Numbered from the stretch's first letter, positions 13,541 to 27,356 are shown. The stretch is 64,000 nucleotides of DNA from Azolla caroliniana (GCA_043228905.1 JBHGNT010000003.1:11160001-11224000); one strand, 5' to 3'. Made by a program: numbers and translations. The notes: a model not told the origin generated them from the letters alone.

Positions 13541-14201
13541 TCTGGGCCTCCATCGCGACTTTCTTCTCTTCCCTTCTTTCTTACTTCATTCATAAGCTGT
13601 GAGCAGTATTAAGTAAGTTAGACCTTCTTCCCACAAGCACTGCACTACGCCCTTCTTCTTCTTCTTCTTCTCACAGCGCAGCAGGTACCTCCTACATGCC
13701 CACCTCCTTGCGTTGATCCTCTCTACATTTGCTGTCTCCTTGTTTTCTCACGTATTTTTCACCATCATCACCTTCTTCTTCTTCTTCTTCTTCGTCTCTC
13801 TCTCTCTCGCTCCAAATTGCAAGCGCGGAGATTCCTCTGCGCAATCCTTCTTTCCCCCGCTCTTCTTTTCCCTCCAGTCTCCTCTCCCCTCTTCTGCCTT
13901 TTCTCCTCTACAGCATTCTGCATTTCTTCTTCTCACTCCCTGTTTCAATTAACCTTTCTACAGCATCCTGGATTTCTGTCGTCTCTGTATTAATTTTCTT
14001 TCTTACACCCTTCTGACCTCAACTACTCTTCTTTCTGTCTGTGTGCGTGTCTTCCATATGTGACGAGGACAAATCTCTCATGCGTCTGTCTCTCTCACTT
14101 CTGTAGTCCTTCGATGTTGATCTGTGTCTAAAATGTCCTGAAATAGCTCATTAATCTGAGGTTTGGTTTCTTACGACGCAGAGCAGGTGTTGCAGACAGC
14201 T

Positions 14202-15504
14202 ATGGCGAAGGTGCGCTTCTCAGCATGTTTCCTCTCGGCCGTCCTAGCTGTAGCTCTGTCTTCTGCCTCAAACATAAACATAGCCGAGAGCCAAGATGGA
14301 GGAGGGTGGAGCAGTGCCCACGCAACATTCTACGGAGGGAGCGATGCATCGGGAACCATGGGTGAGAGAGAGAGAGAGAGAGAGAGAGGTGTAGTGTAGT
14401 GTAGTGTAGTGTAGTGTAGTGTTGGGGCCACAAGGGGGTTTCCATGACTCCACGGACGGATAGACGGGGGCCGAAGCGCGAAATCTCTAGTCGTAGTAAT
14501 GTCTGATGAATTTAATTAATGAACTAATTACGCAGCTAGCTTCATTTTGGTTTGTGTGGAGGAAGACGGCAACAGAACAGACCCAAGTCAATTAATTAAT
14601 CATGTATATATATACACACACATGATTACACAGTAGTTTTTTGTTAAAATTTTTGGTGGGTTTGAGAAACGATGTATTGGTTGGGTGGCAGGGGGAGCAT
14701 GTGGGTACGGAAACCTGTACGATGCGGGGTACGGGACGTCGACGGCGGCGCTGAGCACGTCGCTGTTCAACGGAGGGCTGTCGTGTGGCGCGTGCTTCGA
14801 GGTGAAGTGCGCGGACGACCCGCAGTGGTGCGTCCCCGGGAGCCCCTCCGTCATCGTCACCGCCACCAACTTCTGCCCTCCCAACAACGCGCTCTCCTTG
14901 AGCGCCGGTGGCTGGTGTAATCCCCCGCTCCAGCACTTCGACATGGCGGAGCCCGCCTTCCAGCAAATCGCCCTCTACAAGGGCGGCATCGTCCCTGTCT
15001 CCTTTCGAAGGTTCTCTCTCTACTTACTCTCTACTTTCCTCCCTCCCTTCTTCTTGTTCCTCATACATCCATCCATACATGCATGCCATACATACATACA
15101 TATACATACATATGCCATAATACATACATCCTCAGGACACGCCCCTAACTTAGCCTACCCTAATCTTCCAACTCTTGTTGCCCTCCTTTTATTTTACTAG
15201 GGTTCCGTGTGAGAAGAAGGGCGGCGTCCATTACACCATCAACGGCCACGCGTATTTCAACCTCATCCTCATCACCAACGTCGGAGGAGCAGGCGATGTT
15301 CATGCCGTCTCAGTGAAGGGCTCCAACTCCGGATGGCAACCCATGACTAGGAATTGGGGTCAGAATTGGCAGAGCAATGCTGCGTTGTGTGGACAATCCC
15401 TCTCCTTCCTCATCACCACAAGTGACGGAAAAGTGCTCACTGACTACAATGTTGCACCTCCCGACTGGCAATACGGCCAAACCTTTAGTGGCTCTCAGTT
15501 TTAG
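14202..15504 (+). CDS. EXPA: Alpha-expansin, 3 coding exons: 14202-14361, 14692-15010, 15201-15504 (260 aa)
   Basis: Signal peptide; [34 protein letters not shown] motif, [20 protein letters not shown] introns in matching phases at the positions typical of EXPA genes. Confidence 0.97.
14364..14421. repeat. Compound microsatellite (GA)n-(GTAGT)n in expansin intron 1
   Basis: Directly visible right after the splice donor. Confidence 0.9.
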
Positions 15505-17373
15505 ATGGCATTACTGCGACTGCCAGTTTTAGATAAAGCTGTTCGGATTGGATCGAGGGTGCTGTGGTGGCTGCCTAGCTTAGTTTCTTTTCAACTATTA
15601 GTTTAACCCCTTTTTTTTCTCTTACCTCTTTGAGCTACCCGATCCCTCTCTTCATTCCCTGCTTTACGTTGATAATTAGGTATATGTAACGTATAACTTT
15701 ATTTTGTTTAAAGTGTAGTCTAGCCATAGGTAGGTAGGTAGGTAGGTTGGTTGCTTCGTACCTCCCTTCTTCCTCCTTTACCCTGAGAATTCCTATATAT
15801 TGTGGTACCACATAATTTGTATGTGAGCTTAGTTAGTTGGCTGTACTTTTTGAATGGGTACTTGCTCTACTCGTTTGAGCATTGGATTAGAGCGGAAGTG
15901 GTGGTCGATTTTTGCTCTGAAGCCACCCGCTGCCGAATCCGAGTCGCCCTCTCCTTTTCTCCCCTGCATGCATACATAGCATAGCATACATAGTACCCGC
16001 CCTTTTGAGCAGAAGCTTGGTGGTAAGCCCAATATCCCAATCCAGATTGTAATGTACTACCGGGCATACATACTCTCTTCTTTTAATGTACTCTCCTCTA
16101 ATACTGCTATTTTTGCAATTGTCATTTGCGCCTGATAATGATGGGACTCTTTTTGTTGATGTGCGTTAGTGGAAAACCTTGCACTCAAATTCAGTTCTGT
16201 TGATATATCTGTATGTGGTTCAAGAGAAATAATTTCTTTAGCATGTTCTGTGATGTGCAACTTTGTTGACTCCTATAAGATTCATTTCTGATTGGTACTT
16301 TAGTATGGATCGTTTAACACTTTTCTTTAAACGAAATTGTCATATGTATATTTGCGGTGCTAGCGGATAATGGTGAAGCACATCTTTCTCACATGCGCAT
16401 GCCCCTTCTAGCAATGGCAATGGGCATGGTGTAAAACAAATCCGTGAAAAGTTGTGTTTCTTTATGGCGTTTTTCCTACAGAGACAGATTTCGGAAAAAT
16501 TTCTGGATTTTCTTTCTATTCACGCCTTTTTTGGCTCCACGATTGAAGTTTCCCTTACTTCATTCCTCAATGTCGTAAATTATTTCAGTTTCGGTCGATT
16601 TTTTTAGCCGGTAACATGGAGAGTTGTTCGCTAGCATGGTATGTGATTGATTGGGCATTCAGATTGTATGTAGTTTAGGGTTGCTAGACATGCCATACTA
16701 GAATGTGTGAAGTGGTGTCACTGTGTAAGTAATCACATTGTCATTCTGTGTTGTGGGTAGGAGAAGTAAACCTTTCGCTATGTTCTTTGTCTAGAAATCG
16801 TTTTGAGATGAGAGCGAGGGAGACATCCAACACTATTTTTTCTCAGAGCACATGCTACGACGGTACTGCCTATGTTTGTCCATACATACCCAACAAATAC
16901 TACCACACTGTGTCTTTGTCTGTCTGCCTCTGGAGACTGTCGTCACATGTCATGTGTGAGAGACAGAACTGATTTAATATCATATAGTCTTGTTTTTATC
17001 GCAGTTGAAAATTCAAGAGAGGATGTACAAATTAATTAAATGTTGTGGGGGGTGTTTTTCAAGACAGTTATGGAGCCTCCATTTTTTTCCCTGACATGCT
17101 ATATATTCATAGAATCATATCCACGTCCAATCTTCCTTCCTTCCCCCTGTGTGGTTGATTGATTGATAGATTAATTAGGACTTAACGATTTTTCTTTTTT
17201 GTTGTTAAAAGATGAATGTGTTACGGATTAGGTGAATGTGATGGTAAAGAAGCTCTCTATTTTAGGTTATATATTACACACATACACTTCTGTATACATA
17301 TGTATATTTTCGTACATATAGGTAATACATACATACATACATAAATTTACTCACGTTCTTGCAAATCACGCGC

Positions 17374-17412
17374 GCACACACACACACACACACATGTATA
17401 TATATATATATA
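17374..17412. repeat. (CA)n/(TA)n microsatellite
   Basis: Directly visible. Confidence 0.9.
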
Positions 17413-19678
17413 TGTAAGTGAATGATTATTTAATAGTAATATAATTACCTCAATTAAAGAGATGAAATCATGATGGATGGGTGGATGCGTTTTCTTAAAT
17501 CGCGTGGTCTGTTTACAATTCAATTAAGAATCAAGACAAATTGAACAAGATTGGATTCTTTCTAGTCAACAGTTAGGCCTTCCTGGCAAGTATGCGAATA
17601 ACAATGCCCCCTTTTTGAACTGATGACCGTCCCTTCATTCATTTATCAGTCTAAAAATTAACTGATTTAGACTAGTTTGTGAGTGTGCTGCTGCTATTTT
17701 TATACAACTGAAATGTAACCATAAGTTATAACCACATTTGGACTAGGATTCTTCTGCTTCTTCTAGAATACTGTTTTTAGTCATGATGTTGTCGATTATT
17801 TCATGTAAAAAAGGCTGTTGGAGGGTCCAGACACTTGTTCTCTACAAGCTTCAGTCTGTCACTCTTGAGATGAAACCTTTGGGACAATACTCCATCGCAT
17901 TGAAGTTGATAAGTGGGAGAGGCGAATATTCACCCATATCTTGCCTTGCATCGGTAAATTTGGGTGGCACTACTACAATTAGATATATGCTTCTTGTCTT
18001 GACTTAAACCCATGGACGGATACTACTAATGCCGTTGAACTACGATGTTAGGACACACTTCTATTGAGAAGTATTAGTATCATTTCAAGGAACTCAACAT
18101 AATACATAGAACCCACATTACTAGTTAATTGTCGTTTCCATTAGAACCCTTCAACACTAAATCAATGACAAGATGAAATACATCGGAGACCACTTCCATG
18201 CAAACATCCCATTCTCATGAAGCAAATGGAAGAGACCTAAATTTGTAGAGAGAAATGTGTTCAAGAGTTTGTTTTTTGTAGGTAATAGGCAAATTGGTAA
18301 GCTTGCCCTAGGAAAACAAAGGGCCAATAATGTCCTTAAGTATCTTTATCTTGGCAATGGAAATATATCTTCAAGAATGTTTTATTTAGGGTTTTTGGTT
18401 GATGGCACATGGATGTTCGTTTGAATATTGCATTGTGCTGTGACACTAGCCCATAATTGGTCTATACCAACGTTAGGCTCTATATCCATATGATGAATGT
18501 GTTGGCATAAAGTTTGTCAGGATTTCCTTTTGAAGGGCAATGTTGTGACCATTGCTCACGTGCTAATCTCGTCTTTACCGTTGACGTTTGAGGAGGTTCT
18601 AACCTCTTTGCTTAACCTCCTTGCACCTAATAACGTTGTTGAAGGTTATAGTCTTCTTACTTAAGTTAGTAGTGATAAAGGGTGTACATCTTCTTTCATT
18701 AACTCAAGAAATTTTGAGATAACACTTCACACCTACTTACTTTCTAACAAGTACTAACTTTCTTGACTTCCTATTAATAGAGGGCCTTGCATCTTCTTTA
18801 TTCAAAACTCCTCTCATATTCCAAAGATATTCATTATGCCAGGGACAATTGTATGAGAACCATAATTTTGAACTTGCATATCACAACCTTTTCTATTTGT
18901 AATGTTTTTTTGTACTCGAATTGTAAATTTTATGGTAACACAATTTCTTGCTTTCATGTCTAACCTCATGCTAACTACTACTAGCTGTTGTAAGCATTTT
19001 TGAGTCCAAAAGCTTAAAAAATGAGATGGATGTTGAATATTTTTAAATGTTATCAAAAGGTTTTTCTAATGGTAATATACGTATTGTGAAAGCGATATGT
19101 ATACATGTACATCATGTGTGAGAGTATTAACGTCTCACCACATTGCATTAATTTACAAGGAAATTTTGACCATGGAACTCTCCTGATATTTGAAATTGGT
19201 TCCCCATTATACCATATTGATTCATGGAAGACAAAATAATTACACTCAATAATTCAAGGCAGCAAATTGTCACAATCTATGTGTATGTGCATTGGGAAAT
19301 TGTCAACATGAACATCTTTCAACTTCACTCTTGGGACATGCGAAAGGAAATTTTAACTATCACGACATGTTAAGGAAATTTGAGAATAGAGTTTGGGACA
19401 TGCGAAAGGAAATTTTAACTATCATGACATGTTAAGCACTTAGTATATATTGATAAACTCTATTCTCAAATTTAAAGCAGAAAGGAACTATGTGATTCTT
19501 CATAACTTGACAGGGTAATGAAATTGAGCATGTGTGACATGAATTGATTACACCAATGTATGGTATGAAAGCTGGGCTTTGGATAGAAGATCGATAATAA
19601 AACAAAATGTGATAGGGATGACCAGTGTCGTAAAATTAAACTTATTATATAAAAATTGGAATTTTAGTGTTGGAAACA

Positions 19679-19749
19679 GCGCAGCTGGTGTAGTGGTATC
19701 ATAGTACCCTCCCACGGTACTGACCGGGGTTCGATTCCCCGGCTGCGCA
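19679..19749 (+). tRNA. trnG-CCC: tRNA-Gly(CCC)
   Basis: Acceptor stem GCGCAGC/GCTGCGC+A, D arm TAGTGGTA, anticodon arm GTACC-CTCCCAC-GGTAC, T arm CGGGG-TTCGATT-CCCCG. T-runs follow ~15 nt downstream. Confidence 0.97.
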
Positions 19750-22700
19750 TTCATCTTATCTCGCTTTTGTTTTATGTGTTTTTTTAATTCTCCTTGAAAG
19801 AGCTCCTCCACTCACCTTTGAAGATTTTTCTTCCTCGTCATGGATAGAGATATATTATTTTACAGAGGTAGAGACCCAATGTGACTTCTACGTCTCTCCA
19901 TTTCTTTTAATAATTAATCAGGGAAAACTATTCCTTTGGGCAGTAATTTCTCCTTATTTCTTGAGAACGCTCTTCCAAAATAACAAAATTATGTGCAATA
20001 GACACAATCCATTCATCCCTCCTTTCCCCATTTATATGAGCTATTTGAGCAATTGTCTAAGCTTAATTGTCCAAAATGTCCAAGGACATAACGAAATGTC
20101 ATGAGCATTCTTAGGAAATGAAAAGAAACTCAAAATGTAATTTGAAGTTTTCACCTCTTCATTGTTATTGATTCAATTGTACGTGCTAATGTTTGAAGAG
20201 GCAATGTTTGGAGATGCCTCTTCGGTGTATTTATCTGGTCGAGTGATTCACACACACTCTTATGTTAAAGTGGTATCCAATGTTTGATGAGTTCTAGGAA
20301 TGAATCAACACACGTAAAAATGCCATCCAATGTTTTTATAAGTTCTAGGGCTCTATTCTCATGGGCCAAAGCGAAAACTATATTTAATCTGAAAAGAGAG
20401 AGTAGGATGTGTTCAAAGGTGGTCATTGTTCTAGTCCCCCAAAACACATTTGTACCCAAGTTTGGTCGTTGGGCTCAAAGGGGTTTAGGGAGGAATAAGG
20501 AATATTGAGATGGAATGCAACTTCATCAATTTAGCTAGAGATGTATGTGGACAACAATTGATTATCCAACATGTGATAGGGTTTGGTGGTTTTCACGTTA
20601 CACTATAAGAGCCATATGTGATTCATAACTCGAGCTATAGATTATTTCAACGAGAAGTTGACGTACTCCAAGCTTCTTTTATGTGGTTTGAGAATCAGGC
20701 AAATCGTGCAAAAGTGTGCCTTGAATTTCTTGGAGTGGAAGTAGATTCAATCCTTCATAATTGTGTCGTGATGTGGCGCGTCCAAAGGTAGAAATAGATA
20801 AATGGGGAACAACCATAAAAATTTAAATATCTATAAAGGAGAGAAAAAAGGAGAAGTAAGCAACCTAGTTGTTAAGGCTATAGATTGTTGAGCAAGGAGG
20901 TAGCCAATTTCATGCGGTTAGATGGTGGTGCCTTCTCTTTATAAAAAGAGGGACGGTGTCGCATAAACGTGAGTGTGTGTGCTACTCGAGCGAGACCACG
21001 GGGGTATTGGACTAGGGAGGACACAAGGATTAGGACGACGCCAACGTTTAGCGACTCCAAGCCTCCATGGAGTCAAAAGGTTGCGGAACTCGAATGCCCC
21101 CAAGAGTCAAAACCTTTTTCCTTTCTAATTTCACATTCACGTAGTAGATGAACGATTAACACACAAGACTAGGCTTGAAACTAGCCATTAACATAACGAA
21201 CATAACATTAAGGAGGGATAAACAAGATTAAGATCAAAGAGACCCTTTTTAGGCCAAAATCATTTAGATTAAACAAGAAAATCCCTTTATAAGATAGCAT
21301 GTACAATGGTTCGAGTAGACGATGGATTACAATGGTGGCAACAAACGTTAACCACTAAATAAGAAACAAAAACGAAAATAAGGGAGGTTGAAGCTTCTGG
21401 TGTAGGCGAGTTGAGTGGGCCACTGAGACGACGACTACCTTCGACAACTATGATGCTTGGAATCAGACTAGTGTTCTCGTGTCACTCCGTCCTCCTTTCG
21501 AACAACCAATGTGCGAGCTTACCAACCCCTTCTTAATGCCACTACTTCTTATAAGCTTGATGGTGTCGGAGACCATGTCGACCACCTAAGAAGAAGAGGA
21601 CGTTGAGAAGGAGAGATGGAGGGGGAGGGAGGGCGTTATACTTTCATGCTACTCCGAGGTCGAGCTCCAAAATGATGAAAGTCGAATGCCAAGTGTGGAC
21701 AACTGAATCCCCTTTTTCCACAATGTCGAAAGCTCTCAAAAATCTGAAGAAGGGACCCTCTAAAGCCCAAATGAAGAAGAAGACCAAAAATTGTGAGAGA
21801 GCCAAAATGAGGGCCCCTTTTTCCCTCCTTTTATAGGGAAAGAGGTGTCTCGTTTAGATTAAATGCAACTCTTCCTATATTTCTTCGGAAAAGAAAAAGG
21901 AATAAGTAGTCCTTAATTTGCGCTACACTGCAAACTTGATTCAAACTTTGCACTTATTAGCACAAGTTCAATGGCTTTAACCACTAGGTCATTCACCTTT
22001 TATTTATTTCATTGTTTTAAATAGATATCCATATCCTATTCCACGTTTTCCTTTCCTTTGTCCCATGTATTTACACCCTTTCTCGTTCTTCATTTTTACC
22101 CCCATTTCCACCTTCAAGCACGCCACATCATGACATCCCACACCACCAAACTACACATCCTCCAAACGTGGCCAATCATCGATTTCCTCTGCTTTGTTGT
22201 CCTCGAGAACTCTCACTTGTGATACAAATAGTGCTCGGCCACAACCGAGTCTCAAACTTGCAATAGAAGAAGTAAACAAAAAGTAGCAATGCACTTGGGT
22301 AAAAGCATGCGAGTGAAACCACTATTATAGCTAATTAGCTACTAAAATGGCCACAGCTAATTAGCTATTTATTTAGCTAGTTTATTGTAAGAAAATCATA
22401 AGGATGGTTTACAAAATTTTATGTTTTATTAGTTAAATACATGTCATTTAATTTATGAGAATACTCAAATATTTGAACATTGGTTTCTGATGTTGTGGAA
22501 CATGGGGAATAGTGCCATCATCTAAGGTCGACTTGAATGTCATCAAATTCCTGATAATCCTTAGTTCAAGTTCGAACTCCAAATAGATGGAGTACTCTGA
22601 GCGTGAACGCAGACGAAGCTCCCGCAGCAGCACAAAAACTCTGAGATCGACATTGCATCTTCAGAGCTACAACACATGACCAAGTCGATCCTCGTCGAGG

Positions 22701-22945
22701 TATTTGTCAATTACATATCAAATTTTTTTTTTCCCTTTCTGATAACTGTCTGTAAGTTTGGTGCCTGTTCATTTTTCCCAAAAATCGAATAGGGTGAAGT
22801 CGTTGGAGTCCCAAACAAGGATGTCTTGAAGATCGGGGTGTAACAAGAAGTGTGTTTTTGATTGATAGAATTTCGTAGTACGGTTGATTTCTGCCTTTAG
22901 TGATGATTAGGGTTTGTGTTTCCCTTAAGTGGTTTAGGGTTTTAG

Positions 22946-23006
22946 ATTACAAATTTCAGATTACAAGTTTCTGGTTACAATTTTCTAATTACAAATTTTT
23001 GATTAC
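22946..23006. repeat. ~14-bp tandem repeat (GATTACAAATTTCA-like) in intron 1 of the accessory gene
   Basis: Four to five imperfect units visible; related units recur near 23110-23130. Confidence 0.7.
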
Positions 23007-24589
23007 TGTCGCAATGTGTTGTAAATTTGCACCAATTCTCATGACAAATTTTGATTAGGGTTTCTGATTTTTTAAGTGGTTGATTTCTGATACATGTTGA
23101 AAAGGACAAATTACAAATTTCAGATTACTATCTCAAATTGTTGTAATTTTGCACCAAATTCACATTAAATTTTTTGTTTTTGCACCAATTTTGATTACTG
23201 ATTTTCTATTTCAGGTGGCTCGTTCCTCCCTATCCTAGAGTGCTGAACTTCGCAAAATTTTGCGAGACAAAGGAAGACTTTCACAACATATATGGTCTGT
23301 CGCTCGAGGGTATTGACCCTGCTATTCTAACATATAGATACATTAGTGATGTAGACTGGATGTCAGTATATAAAGTGCCTAGAGTGAAAGGCAAGGTCAA
23401 GCTCAAGCATGTACGACCGGACCTATACGACGACTGCATGAGACTGCACCAGAAAGTACATCAAGAGATCCCGGTCAACAATGAGTTGTCTGTTTTATTT
23501 GCCAGAGCTTTTGCATACGAGTATTGCGAAACAGTGAAGGAATCTCTTGACCCTGAAATGTACAGTAGCTTGGGCAATTTATGGTGAGGCATCGGTAGAA
23601 AGATGTCGGAAGATGGGGAGCTTGCAACAAAAAATGGCAAGATTTTGGAGCATGGCAATTGATGATGCAACTGCCGACTCCCAACAAACCCGCAAGTATA
23701 CGCCACACAGACACACAATGAAATCCAATGTCAATGATACAGGTGAGACATTGATTAGCTATATGCTTAAAAAAGGTCCATGAAGCCTGTGAGACATTGG
23801 AGTTTTTTAAGACTGATTTAGAGAAAGCAACATTGGCTATTGCGATGGAGAGCAAAGTCACTTTGGTAGTTACAACAATCAGAAATAAGATTCAGGTACC
23901 TATTGTTTTGCTAGTATGCAATATGTTATAAATAACTTGTACATGAAAATGTGCTACCACGGCATTATCTAGAACAGGTTGCTCAACATGAGCTTGGAAT
24001 TGAGGGGTCGCCGAATCCCCAACGGAAAATTCAACTGTAAACAGGGATCCTGGTTCTTTCAATGAACCTGGACCTTCTAGGTGTAAATACTGTCGTAGAT
24101 TACAATTTGGACAAGCTACAAGTATGTTAATGATTCTTGTTTCTTGTTAACTTTTTGTATCTTCCTCATTAAGGAATAATTAATTGGTAAATTTCTCGGC
24201 TGCGTTGAAGGAACAATACTCCCGTCAAGAATAGATAGTTAGCTGCCTTAAGAAGCAGCTACATTTTGCGGAGGGGATGGTAAGGAGTAGACAAGAATTG
24301 GACCTGGATATTCTTGCTCCCTTACCAAATGAAGGACAACTAGGAAATGATATATTGACTGTTCAAGCACGTTGCATCGCTTGTGGATTACGTGTAGAGG
24401 ACAAATCTGCTACTCTGTTGGTTCACCTACAACCATGCCAACACACATACCATATTGTTTGTTTTCAATATGCCTATCACATTGATGCATTTTGTTTGGG
24501 GGATTGTAGTACAACTCTCCTAGATGAGTGGAGAAAACTAACAAGTAAAATTGTTGCTTGTGACCATAGTGTCGCGAATTAGTTCCATC

Positions 24590-25615
24590 TTTGCTAATTA
24601 GCTAAGCCGTATAAAATGTGAAAACTATTTAGCTGTTATGGTTATAGTGTAGTAGCCAATTAACTAACATGTAGTTAATTAGCTAAGTGGTAGCTAATTA
24701 GCTACTACCATACTTTAGCTGAGTAGCTAATTAGCTAACTGGTAGTCAATTAGCTACTACCATAGTTTAGTACAGTAGCTAATTAGCTAAATGGTAGCTA
24801 ATTAGCTACAACCATAATTTAGTTGAGTAACTAAGTAGCTAAGTGGTAGCTAATTAGCTACTACCATAGTTGAATACAATAGCTAATTATCTACTACCAC
24901 AGTTTAGTTGAGTAACTAATTAGCTAAGTGGTAGCTAATTAGCTACTACCATACTTTAGCTCAGTAGCTAATTAGCTAAGTGGTAGTTAATTAGCTACGA
25001 CCATACTTTAGTTGAGTAGCTAATTAGCTAAGTGGTAGCTAATTAGCTACTACCATAGTTTAGTACAATAACTAATTAGCTAAGTGGAAGCTAATTAGCT
25101 ACTACCATAGTTTAGTATAGTAGCTAATTAGCTAAGTGGAAGCTAATTATCTACTACCATAGTTTAGTTGAGTAACTAATTAGCTAAGTGGTAGCTAATT
25201 AGCTACTACCATATTTTAGTACAATAGCTAATTAGCTAAGTGGTAGGTAATTAACTACTACCATACTTTAGTTATAGTGGCTAATTAGATACTACCATAC
25301 TTTAGCTGAGTAGCTAATTAGGTAAGTGGTAGCTAATTAGCTACTACCATACTTTAGCTGAGTAACTAATTAGCTAAGTGGTAGCTAATTAACCACTACC
25401 ATACTTTAGCTGAGTAGCTAATTAGCTACTATCATAGTTTAGTACAATAACTAATTAGCTAAGTGGTAGCTAATTAGTTACTACCATACTTTAGTTATAG
25501 TGGCTAATTAGCTAGTACCATCCTAAGTGAAGTAACTAATTAGCTCAATGGTAGCTAATTAGCTACTGTCATAGTCTAGAAGAATAGCTAGTTAGCTAAG
25601 ATGTAGCTAATTAGC
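24590..25615. repeat. Minisatellite with ~52-bp unit (ACTACCATAGTTTAGTACAG-TAGCTAATTAGCTA-AGTGG-TAGCTAATTAGCT) carrying two palindromes per unit
   Basis: Directly visible; lies inside predicted intron 24545-25631. Confidence 0.95.
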
Positions 25616-26412
25616 GACCATGTTGTTGTAGAATCTTGTGAATTAAGGAGGGCGCATGAGGTGTCTGGTGCTGATGACGCTGCAACTGATGAGGAGATAG
25701 TTGCCAACGTGGCTGAAAGTAAGAGTCCTGCTATCACATCTCCTTCAGATCAGCTTCACCCTATTCTTTTGGAAGATGGTACTGAATTAGGCAACGATGT
25801 GAAAAGCCATGAAAGATTGGAAACAACATGTAAATCTGAGGTTCACAACAATAGTGTTTTTGAACACTTGATGCAACATTTCTTCGAATCCCAAAACCTT
25901 GATTCCACCCCACTGAGCCCAACTACTGATAATGTCCAAATAGATCCCACTGTAATGGAAAAGCTAGCGCAAGACGCGGCTAATGTGCAAGCCGCTGCTG
26001 AGGTGATGGAAAGGTTGTCAAAGGAGGACACACTTGCACAATGGGTCAAAGAAGCAAGGCTAAATGGGCAACCGGCTAGAAAAAGGTTGAAGAAGGGGCC
26101 ACGATCGGGGACAAGACCGGTTACTCGATCAAGGGGCTAATTAATTGGAGCGAAATACTTATTAGTGGGATATGATTGTTAGCGATTTTCCTAGGGTTTT
26201 ATGAAGTTTTACTATGATCTATTTGGACAAGTAAAACCTCAGATTGGTTGTTGCTTGATCCACATTATGTAATGGAACTCTATGATGTTTCTCCAAGATA
26301 ATTATGTTCATGTTGTTCTATTATGGAAAATATTTCATATTCATTATGTTGTTTTGTGATACTGTTAGTTACTTTGTGAGTGTGAATATGTTGGTGTTTT
26401 CTAATGTTGCAG

Positions 26413-27356
26413 AGTCTAAAGAGTTTGAATCTATTGCTCCTAAGACCGATGGAAGTGTGGAAACTGTTGATGTTGCTGCGTGTTTAGAGGGCCACATCTT
26501 GAAAGTAGATGTAGCAACTGACACAAATGATCTGGTCACGCAAGTTGATCAAGAATGTTGCACAGATGATCTGATTTTGCACGTAGATGCAACATGTGAT
26601 ACCAATGGGCTAATATCGATCAGATGAGTATCTGCATGCACCGAGCCAATGACTAAGTCGACAACACAAGAGCACCAGGCCCAACACAGTCGACCAGGGG
26701 TTTGAAGAGGAAATGGACACCAATTGTGCCGACAGAACTTGAGTTGATTGAAATTGATCGTGTGCTACCAGTAATTGGTGTAACAGTGGCTCAGTTACAG
26801 GAATGGAAACCTAAACCATTAGAAGTGGAAAGAAGGGCCTTGATCTTGGAGCTTGATAAAGTCCTGATGAGTGTGCGATATATGACACCAAGGAGGGACG
26901 CAAATCAATTTCTGGAGTGGGTTGTGCAATACTTTGATTTGTTTATTTGGAGTGAAAAACCACGTACAGATGTGTGGAAGTGTGTAGAAAGATTCTTCCC
27001 AAAGTGGCAACAACATTTCAAGGGTCTGTGGACACGAGAGAATTGTGAGCAGAAGGATGTTGCAAGATTCAAATGACTTTCTAATTTTTGGACCAGATTA
27101 TAATGCCGACAATACGTTGATTCTAGATACAGAACATTTCCGGCATTACATCAACATTCGTAGATGCTGTCTCATTCTACCCGATGAAATGCCTAAACGC
27201 TACTTGGTGAAAACATTGAGCTAGCAACTAGCTACACGGTTGTGGACTCCATACTGATCTTGGTATGTAGATCATATATGTAGAGAAGTTCCACTGATAA
27301 GCAAGAGCTTAGCTGTTTATAGGCGATTTGAAGACATTGGCAATGGGATGTTATAA
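26413..27356 (+). pseudogene. Exon encoding an FCP1/SCP (NIF, HAD-family) phosphatase-like domain, catalytically degenerate
   Basis: ALILELDKVL...RRDANQFLEWVVQYFDLFIWS...LWTRENC...FK*LSNFW / YNADNTLILD resembles the NIF pattern LxLDLDxTL..RP...FL..IWS..W.R..C..KDL..NTLLIDD. TTGCAG acceptor at 26412. Confidence 0.6.

Larger units (their letters stand above)
22587..26140 (+). pseudogene. Spliced accessory gene of the Sola2 element (exons ~22587-22699, 23215-23895, 23978-24121, 24211-24544, 25632-26140): unknown N-terminal domain, RING-like domain, acidic tail ending in an NLS-like basic stretch
   Basis: GT/AG junctions join the ORF-track pieces in phase. RING-like spacing in CIAC...PCQHTYHIVC...CLGDC; C-terminal PARKRLKK. 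A few stops and frameshifts. Confidence 0.65.

Noticed and set aside
17750-19050. Possibly decayed coding or TE sequence; similar stretches at 11850-13000 and 20000-22200
   Set aside because: Only short ORFs, with no motif, terminus or TSD that I could recognise; needs a translated homology search.
19548-19811. 87-aa ORF on the - strand
   Set aside because: Antisense to the tRNA-Gly gene; spurious.
22292-22296. Alternative 5-bp TSD (CACTT) for the DNA transposon
   Set aside because: It would make the TIRs asymmetric (GGG versus CC); the 4-bp ACTT with GGG..CCC ends fits the Sola2 transposase.
24590-25615. Possible CRISPR array (palindromic repeats at regular spacing); also considered for 51270-51530 and 30650-31160
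   Set aside because: The intervening sequences are copies of each other rather than unique spacers, there are no cas genes, and the context is eukaryotic.
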